From sequence record OZ374478.1: 32,000 nt of DNA; one strand, written 5' to 3'. The position numbers and the translations under genes were made by a program. Position 1 is the first letter of the stretch; each line of letters begins with the position of its first letter. This document shows, piece by piece, positions 22,172 to 32,000 of the stretch. The notes below the pieces were generated by a model. That model did not search any database, was not told where the DNA came from, and saw only the letters and a program-made list of their open reading frames with translations.

Positions 22172-22429
22172 GCTCTTTTTGCGTCACAGCCCCCTTCCTT
22201 GAAGGATCATGACCAATACGTTTCATCATGATGAAAAGCGTGAGCTTGGAAGAAATATTGTCTTGCGTGCAGTCTCTGAGGAGCCCTAGCACATAAAGTG
22301 CAGAAAGGTTTCCTGCTGATTGACCTGATCAACTTCAAACATTGTTACAAGGAGTCGTCGAAGTGTTTGACAAACATGTGTCACAGGTGGTTCCAGCATA
22401 TAGCAAGATTAAGAGGCATATATTCGTTC

Positions 22430-22440
22430 ACCTCTGGATG
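22430..22440 (-). CDS. cox1: cox1 exon 5, 11-nt micro-exon CATCCAGAGGT (H P E V-)
   Basis: It is preceded by intron-terminal G (...CTGATTCG|CAT) and followed by the intron 5 guide pairing. It is needed to complete the invariant HLFWFFGHPEVYIL motif in frame. Confidence 0.8.
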
Positions 22441-22448
22441 CGAATCAG

Positions 22449-23186
22449 TTATGATTCTGTGGACTTTCTCTTTTTCCGATCTATTGACAGTTTTTTCACA
22501 AGACGAAGAAATCGAGGACGATAATGAGCACTCGTAACATATTTTCTCTTCTTAAATAAAAGCAATCGTTTGACTTGTACCAGTTCATAAGCTTTTGGTG
22601 TAAACAGTTTCCAAGAAGAAAAATATGTCCACCATTTTTGCATATCGCTTTCACTGGAACAAAAATACACCCAGCCAGACCAACTTGTATCTTTATATAC
22701 ATTTCCTCCAAATATTTTGGCAATACATTTAAGAATCCATGGATCTTTTTGTGCAATACTTAAAGACACTTGAAAATTTTTTCTGTTTAAGTTGATATGA
22801 CCCTCTGCATCAAAAAACCCAGCAAGCCAAGCATTTGAAAACATATTTTTGTGTGTGGTCCTTTCAATAAAATGTTCCAGAGATTCACAAGGAATAGAAA
22901 GACATGCACAGGCTTTTTGATATTGAAGAAATGTTTTTTGGGTCAAAAGAAATGGGTGAAGAGATGGAAGAATGGTTTTTAAGTGAGCGGAACGATGAAC
23001 ACGGTACCGAACACTTTGACTTCCTTGTCGAGCATTTACTCGTCCAACACCAAGCATTTTTTTGACTTTCATCAGTGCTTGGCATTCATTTTGATGAAGG
23101 GTGATCTCTAGAGAAACTGCGCTTTTTTTTGAGACATAGATGCCTCCATCGCCTTCTAAAAGACCAGCAATCCATGCTTTCGTCAT
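22449..23186 (-). CDS. LAGLIDADG homing endonuclease (cox1 intron 4)
   Basis: 245-aa ORF with motifs IAGLLEGDGGI and LAGFFDAEGHI. Confidence 0.85.
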   Translation of the reverse strand: MTKAWIAGLLEGDGGIYVSKKSAVSLEITLHQNECQALMKVKKMLGVGRVNARQGSQSVRYRVHRSAHLKTILPSLHPFLLTQKTFLQYQKACACLSIPCESLEHFIERTTHKNMFSNAWLAGFFDAEGHINLNRKNFQVSLSIAQKDPWILKCIAKIFGGNVYKDTSWSGWVYFCSSESDMQKWWTYFSSWKLFTPKAYELVQVKRLLLFKKRKYVTSAHYRPRFLRLVKKLSIDRKKRKSTES

Positions 23187-23242
23187 AGTTCTACTGTTTT
23201 ATTTTTGTCGGAAACGGTACGTAAAGTCTCTGGGGATCCATT

Positions 23243-23470
23243 CACTCCGAAGGTTGTGTCGCCGGAGGCGCTCTTCGAAGAAGAGACCCGCTCTTGCTGT
23301 GCTGACTTCCTTCGCCCGAAGTCGTTCTGACTCAAAGAGCGTTTCCGCTTTGCGAGTAAGAAATGCTTCGCGCTCGGATTGGAAATCCAAGGAACTCTCC
23401 GAAGGTCGCCACAGGCGCTTTTTGAGTCAGAAGAGCGTTTTCAGCGAGCGGGAGAAGCTTCGCGCTCCGT
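23243..23470. repeat. GC-rich modular repeat cluster inside cox1 intron 4
   Basis: ACTCCGAAGGTTGTGTCGCCGGAGGCGCTCTTCGAAG..., GACTCAAAGAGCGTTTCCGCTTTGCG and CGCGCTCGGATTGGAAATCCAAGGAAC modules. Confidence 0.85.
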
Positions 23471-23689
23471 TGTTCTTTTTACGAGGCAAATGCAAGATAT
23501 GCATAAGCTTTTCGGAATGTTTCCTGCTGATTGGGAGAATCATTTACGTATTATACCAATTCTGGGCTTTTGAAGCGCTTAAAGAATGAGGAACGTGTTG
23601 TTTGTTTTTGCGAGGGAAAGCAAAAAACCTCCTTTCCAGCATATAGTACCGTACACTCTTCTCATTTACATGAAAAGTGGGCCATCTTG

Positions 23690-23700
23690 ACCAAAGAACC
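23690..23700 (-). CDS. cox1: cox1 exon 4, 11-nt micro-exon GGTTCTTTGGT (-W F F G)
   Basis: It is preceded by intron-terminal G (...TTAAAGGAG|GG). The intron 3 P10-type sequence AGAATC (24084-24089) matches the exon start GGTTCT at 5 of 6 nt. Together with exons 3 and 5 it restores CTT TTC TGG TTC TTT GGT CAT CCA GAG GTA TAC. Confidence 0.8.
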
Positions 23701-28007
<4,307 letters not shown>

Positions 28008-28029
28008 TTATATGTGAAAAGCGAATCTT

Positions 28030-28510
28030 GGCCGGAGGCGTTCGCTCGCGTGTCATTCGTTTTTGATGGAAAACAAAAAAAAGAGTTTCTTCTTCGCGCG
28101 GCACACTCGCCAAAGGCGCTCTTCTGACTCAAAGAGCGCCTCCGGAGACCTTTGGAGGGTTCCTTGGATTTTCAATCCGAGCGCGAAGCATTTCTTGCTC
28201 GCAAAGCGGAAACGCTCTTTGAGTCACCCATGCTTCTTCGAAGCAACCTCAAAGAGCGCTTTTTCCAAAGGAACTCTTCGAGGAGCGATAAGCTTCGCAA
28301 AGGAGCTCGCCCTCAAAGAGCTCCTTTGTGACTCGAAGAGCGCCTGCGGCGAAAGGCGCTCGCCAGAGGCGCTCTTCGAGTTCGAGTTCGAGTCAGAACG
28401 ACTTCGGGCGAAGGAAGTCCCTTCTTCGCGCGGCACACTCGCCAAAGGCGCTCGCCGCAGGCGCTCTTCGAGTTCGAGACCTTTGGAGTGAGGGCGAGCG
28501 TTTCCGGCGA
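28030..28510. repeat. Large GC-rich modular repeat cluster between cox1 and its conserved upstream block
   Basis: Contains CACCCATGCTTCTTCGAAGCAA (28225-28246), GGATTTTCAATCCGAGCGCGAAGCATTTCTTGCTCGCAAAGCGGAAACGCTCTTTGAG, GGCGCTCTTCGAGTTCGAGTTCGAGTCAGAACGACTTCGGGCGAAGGAAGTCCCTTCTTCGCGCGGCAC and related modules. Confidence 0.9.
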
Positions 28511-28642
28511 AAGAAAGATTCTTTAACATGTTGAAAATGTTGTCTCGCACGAGGGAGGGGAGTTGGTATTTTCCTTCACGAAGAAAAAATGGGTATTGTG
28601 TTGTATGAAAAGAGACGTTTCTGGGCCGTTTTTGAAACAAAA

Positions 28643-28975
28643 GATGTGCATTTAAATGAATGTTTTTTTATTTTTAAAGATTGTCCTCTAAATGCAAGGT
28701 GTCTTTTTCTTGCTTGACATGTTTTTCAAGTGAAAAATGTTTTTTGAAATGGTATTTTTATGGGAGTCATGCATATGCTCATGTGAAAACTGTGGAGTGT
28801 TCAAGCAACTGTTTTCTTTTCTTTAAGGGGAAGTGTTGTTTAGGGGGAAAAACAATATGTGTTGTTTTCATGCATAGAGAAGGGTATAAAACACTTCATA
28901 AAAAGATGAATTTGAGTGAACAATGGGTGTCACGAAGGCACAGGAGCTTCCACGAAATACATGTGTATTGAAGAA
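28643..28975. promoter_or_regulatory. Conserved block upstream of cox1, shared with the rns upstream region
   Basis: See 12762-12965: a direct match at 28643-28725 and an inverted match at 28905-28968. Confidence 0.35.
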
Positions 28976-29185
28976 ATGCTTTGTGTGTGGAAAGAAATGT
29001 TTTTGTTCAAAAAGCGTGTGAAGCGAAATGCTTGGCTTTCTTTTCGAAGGAGAAACACTATAAAAAAAATATCTGTATGCTTTTTTCAGTACCGTCTAGT
29101 CCAACCGAACCCACTTCGACTTCGATTTTGACAATGCGGTGCTCTGTATATACTGTGGCCACATGGGACACGCAGATAAAAGCAT

Positions 29186-29262
29186 ACTCCGAAGGTCGCC
29201 ACAGGCGCTCTTTGAGTCCGAAGAGCGCCTTTGGCGAATGCTCCTTCGAAGAAGGGGCTTCC
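29186..29262. repeat. GC-rich modular repeat cluster
   Basis: ACTCCGAAGGTCGCCACAGGCGCTCTTTGAGTCCGAAGAGCGCCTTTGGCGAATGCTCCTTCGAAGAAGGGGC. Confidence 0.85.
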
Positions 29263-29564
29263 CACAGAAGGAAGTATTGCTTTGTTCATATATTTTCTTA
29301 TACATATATACCACATTGTGATACCATTGACTCATGCCATTATGATTTGCCATCTTTACGTATGTACATACAAAAGATTCCAAGGTTTTCACTAGAGCAT
29401 GTTTGTTCATAGCGGAGTACCACAAACCTTACCTATGCGGCCTGCCCGTTTTTGGTGGAGTTTCATAACACAATGGTGTGTATATATGAATGGGTTTTAC
29501 ACGCTTGAAAAATGGCATGCAAGCGATTGACTGGAACTGGATCCTGAGGATGTGCGAGAAAACT

Positions 29565-29650
29565 TTGTCAAAGGTGGCTGGATGTACCCAGTCCATATGG
29601 TATGTAAAATGCACATGCATTATGCAGACATGTTTTGGGCATTGTTTGGG
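29565..29650 (+). promoter_or_regulatory. Weaker third copy of the 5495/7630 element, in plus sense upstream of atp4
   Basis: AAAGGTGGCTGGATGTACCCAGTCCATATGG...AAATGCACATGCATTATGCAGACATGTTTTGGG resembles the minus-sense AAAGCAGGGTGGATATATCCTCTCCACACCATG...AAATGCATGAATCAAGTATGGATGTTTCTTGG of copy 1. The similarity is clearly lower than between copies 1 and 2. Confidence 0.2.
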
Positions 29651-29674
29651 TTAGAACCAATCTTGCTTCCTTGC

Positions 29675-29795
29675 ACTCCGAAGGTCTCGAACTCGAAGAG
29701 CGCCCATGGCGAGCGCCTTTCGCCGCAGGCGCTCTTCGAGTCACAAAGGAGCTCTTTGAGAGCGAAGGCTCCTTCGAAGAAGGGGCTCAAACTCG
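29675..29795. repeat. GC-rich modular repeat cluster just upstream of the atp4 start
   Basis: ACTCCGAAGGTCTCGAACTCGAAGAGCGCCCATGGCGAGCGCC...GGCTCCTTCGAAGAAGGGGCTC. Confidence 0.85.
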
Positions 29796-29805
29796 TTCTT
29801 CGCCT

Positions 29806-30621
29806 ATGATGGCATGTGCAGTTTTTTCAAGCTGCATAAAAAAAAATAGCGTGACTATGTCAACTTCTTCTTTTACAGCTAACGGTGTATATATCCTTAG
29901 CGCAGGTCTTCTTTTCCTTGTTTTAAGCTCGAAAAACATTCTTATTTACAACGAAGAATTACTGATTTTACTGAGTTTTATTGCATTCGTTGCAACAAGT
30001 GCTCACACAATGGGCGATTCTATTGCAGAAACATTCCAATCACGTCGTGACCTTATTCAAGAAGAACTCCAAGCATTCTTCACCACCAAAGAAACTATGT
30101 TACACGAAGTGAAACACCAAACCATCATGCAAACAGCATTAGCAAACAGTATGATTGCACTTGGTTCACTTGTAGAAAAAGAACTTCAAACATTACATGC
30201 ACAACGTGATATGACAGTAAAAAACACTGTACAAACACACACCATGACACAACTTCAACACATGATGGCTGGCGAACAAGCTTCATATGCACGTGTGCAT
30301 ACATTGTCTTCTGCTGCCTATAAGTTTATGATGATTGATGCATACCATATGGACAAAGAAAATATGCACGAGCAGTTCATGGAAAATGCTTTACATTTAC
30401 TTCAAAATATGCATAAGAAAAAGATGCAAAGTAAAGTACTTGCTCGTTTACTCACAAATAAAAACACTACAAAAGCAGTGGCAAAAGCAAAGAAAGCTGC
30501 GAAAACATTAAAAGCGCCAAAAGCACCAAAAGCACCGAAAGCTCAGGCACCAAAAGCTAAGGCACCAAAGGCACCAAAAGCTAAGGCACCTAAAACACCA
30601 AAAAAGTCTCCTAAAGCATAA
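29806..30621 (+). CDS. atp4: ATP synthase F0 subunit b (atp4 / ymf39 / orf25 family) with a Lys/Ala/Pro-rich C-terminal tail
   Basis: The N-terminal membrane segment SKNILIYNEELLILLSFIAFVATS matches the family signature (plant orf25: KKISIYNEEMIVA.CFIGFI), followed by a long helical region. The open frame starts at 29635, but codons 1-57 run through a GC-repeat cluster. ATG 29806 (MMACAVF) or ATG 29857 (MSTSSF) are the plausible starts. Confidence 0.75.
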   Translation: MMACAVFSSCIKKNSVTMSTSSFTANGVYILSAGLLFLVLSSKNILIYNEELLILLSFIAFVATSAHTMGDSIAETFQSRRDLIQEELQAFFTTKETMLHEVKHQTIMQTALANSMIALGSLVEKELQTLHAQRDMTVKNTVQTHTMTQLQHMMAGEQASYARVHTLSSAAYKFMMIDAYHMDKENMHEQFMENALHLLQNMHKKKMQSKVLARLLTNKNTTKAVAKAKKAAKTLKAPKAPKAPKAQAPKAKAPKAPKAKAPKTPKKSPKA

Positions 30622-30835
30622 GCTTCGCAAAGGAGCTCGAAGATCTCTTTCGCCGGAGGCGCTCGCCAGAGGCGCTCTTCGAGTTCGAGTCACCCATGCT
30701 TCTTCGAAGCAACCTCAAAGAGCGCTTTCAGCGATAAGCTTCGCAAAGGAGCTCGCCCTCAAAGAGCTCCTTTGGAGAAAGGCGCTCTTCGAGTTCGAGG
30801 AGCAAGTTCGAGCGAGGGCGAGCACCTCCGTCGAG
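30620..30835. repeat. GC-rich modular repeat cluster immediately 3' of atp4
   Basis: AAGCTTCGCAAAGGAGCTCG..., GGCGCTCTTCGAGTTCGAGT and CACCCATGCTTCTTCGAAGCAA (30691-30712). Confidence 0.9.
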
Positions 30836-30983
30836 AAACCTTTCCGCCTTTTTCACATGAAAGAGCGGAAACTTTCGGAAGAGTGTATTTAGAAGTGTTT
30901 AATACCAACTCCATTCCATTTTCTTCATGCAAACCTTTTCCAAAACGTTTTGGGAAAAGATAGAGAAAAGACTCTTTCCTTTA

Positions 30984-31098
30984 GCCGGAAGCACTCGCTT
31001 TCACTCCGAAGGTTAGGCTCCTTCGAAGAAGGGGCTCCGAAGGTCGCTGGAAACGTTCTTTGAGGTTCGGAAAAGTTCTTTGAGAAGCGAGTTCGAGA
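30984..31098. repeat. GC-rich modular repeat cluster
   Basis: CACTCCGAAGGTTAGGCTCCTTCGAAGAAGGGGCTCCGAAGGTCGC, the same modules as 6346-6428. Confidence 0.85.
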
Positions 31099-31272
31099 AA
31101 ACAATTCGACACATTTTCTTTGAAAAGGTCATTCTTTTCCTTCATTTTAAACTCCACAAGCGTTCCTGGAAAGCGTGAACATGTCGAACTATTCTTTTCT
31201 TTTTCAAAAGAACGAAGAAATGATGGCAAACATGTTTTTTGTGTCAAGAGGTATACGATTTTCATTTGTTCC

Positions 31273-31530
31273 TCACTCCGAAGGTCTCGAACTCGAAGAG
31301 CGCCTGCGGCGAGCGCCTTTGGTGAGTGTTCCTTCGAAGAAAGGACTTACTTCGCCCGAAGTTGTTCTGACTCGAACTCGAAGAGCGCCTCTGGCGAGCT
31401 CCTTCGTGACTCAAAGAGCGTTTCCGCTTTGCGAGCAAGAAATGCTTCGCGCTCGGATTGAAAATCCAAGGAACCCTCCGAAGGTTGCCTTTGGCGAAGA
31501 AGCGCCCCTGGTGAGCTCCTTTGGGAAGCG
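31273..31530. repeat. GC-rich modular repeat cluster
   Basis: CACTCCGAAGGTCTCGAACTCGAAGAGCGCCTGCGGCGAGCGCC..., GACTCAAAGAGCGTTTCCGCTTTGCGAGCAAGAAATGCTTCGCGCTCGGATTGAAAATCCAAGGAACC. Confidence 0.9.
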
Positions 31531-31650
31531 TTCAGTTCCAAATAAAGACTTTTGGAAAAGATCAAAGCCTGCGGATGGTGAGGCAGGCTTTTTCTGAAGA
31601 GTTGTTTTGGGTATTGTATTGTGTAATAGAAGTGGTTTCAGAGGATGTGT

Positions 31651-32000
31651 TTACACGTGTTGGAAAAGTGTACTTAAGAATGCTTTTTGGAATACACGTG
31701 TTTTGTTGATGTTGTTGGGTTTGTTGATTTTGCATGCATGTTGTGCAGCAGGGTTCATGGTGTATTTGAGTGCAGTATTGGTGTGTGCAAGTGTTTGAGA
31801 AGCATTTTGCATATGTTGGGTATATGTGTTGTGTAATGCTTGGAGTTGTTGGTGTTGCACATTGTGTGTTGCGTTGTGTACCCATGTGTGTGATTGGTTC
31901 ATGGTGTTTTGTAGTGCGTTTTTGGCTTGTGCACATGCGTGTACTACATGTTGTAATGTATTTTGCTGTTTGTGTAAGTTTTCGAGTTGTAATGGTGATT
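31651..32000 (-). CDS. Possible 3' end of a minus-strand ORF entering from beyond the window (Q/H/T/N-rich); may be a compositional artefact
   Basis: The frame is open from the window edge to the TAA at 31651-31653: ...SPLQLENLHKQQNTLQHVVHACAQAKNALQNTMNQSHTWVHNATHNVQHQQLQALHNTYTQHMQNASQTLAHTNT.... A second minus frame (31562-31936) is also open, because the minus strand here is poor in T and G and therefore has few stop codons. Confidence 0.25.
   Translation of the reverse strand, partial: SPLQLENLHKQQNTLQHVVHACAQAKNALQNTMNQSHTWVHNATHNVQHQQLQALHNTYTQHMQNASQTLAHTNTALKYTMNPAAQHACKINKPNNINKTRVFQKAFLSTLFQHV

Larger units (their letters stand above)
20901..22429 (-). mobile_element. cox1 intron 5, group I
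   Basis: The 5' exon sequence AGAGGT pairs with the guide GCCTCT (22412-22417). GAATATAT just 5' of the guide matches 7 of 8 nt to the start of the 3' exon (ATACATTC). P/Q/R elements lie at ~22395, ~22310 and ~22275. The intron ends in G. GC clusters sit at 20933-21170 and 22009-22120. Confidence 0.85.
22441..23689 (-). mobile_element. cox1 intron 4, group I
   Basis: P/Q/R elements: CTATATGCTGGAAAGG (~23640), AATCAGCAGGAAAC (~23525), CCAGAGACTTTAC (~23222). The ORF follows R. The intron ends in G. I could only see a short (3-bp) P1 pairing, so the 5' boundary rests mainly on the protein reconstruction. Confidence 0.7.

Noticed and set aside
28063-28640. 142-aa plus ORF and 138-aa minus ORF upstream of cox1
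   Set aside because: They lie wholly within the largest GC-module cluster and mirror each other on the two strands.

Overview
This window reads as a mitochondrial genome segment with green-algal/plant-like cox1 and atp4 (cox1 uses TGG for Trp and TCA for Ser). It is not a prokaryotic locus. Almost everything is on the minus strand. In minus-strand order from 32000 to 1: a C-poor tract with open frames running off the window edge; atp4 (the only plus-strand gene); cox1 in 8 exons with 7 group I introns, each carrying an intact double-motif LAGLIDADG ORF; about 4.6 kb of repeat-rich non-coding DNA; an SSU rRNA gene that is split and circularly permuted (3' half, about 45 nt spacer, 5' half); two unassignable membrane-protein ORFs (orf602, orf329); a CAU-anticodon tRNA; and an LSU rRNA gene with at least two group II introns, one complete with an RT/maturase/HNH ORF and one cut by the window start. 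A family of GC-rich modular hairpin repeats fills spacers and peripheral intron regions. I found no recognisable defence, toxin or biosynthetic system. The least explained items are orf602, which sits between about 300-bp direct repeats of an rns segment, and orf329, which shares a leader motif with orf602. Others are the permuted rns, two 11-nt cox1 micro-exons, and a structured non-coding region containing a 10-bp-phased array and a polypyrimidine tract. Coordinates come from reading the sequence by eye. RNA ends are approximate. No database search was possible.
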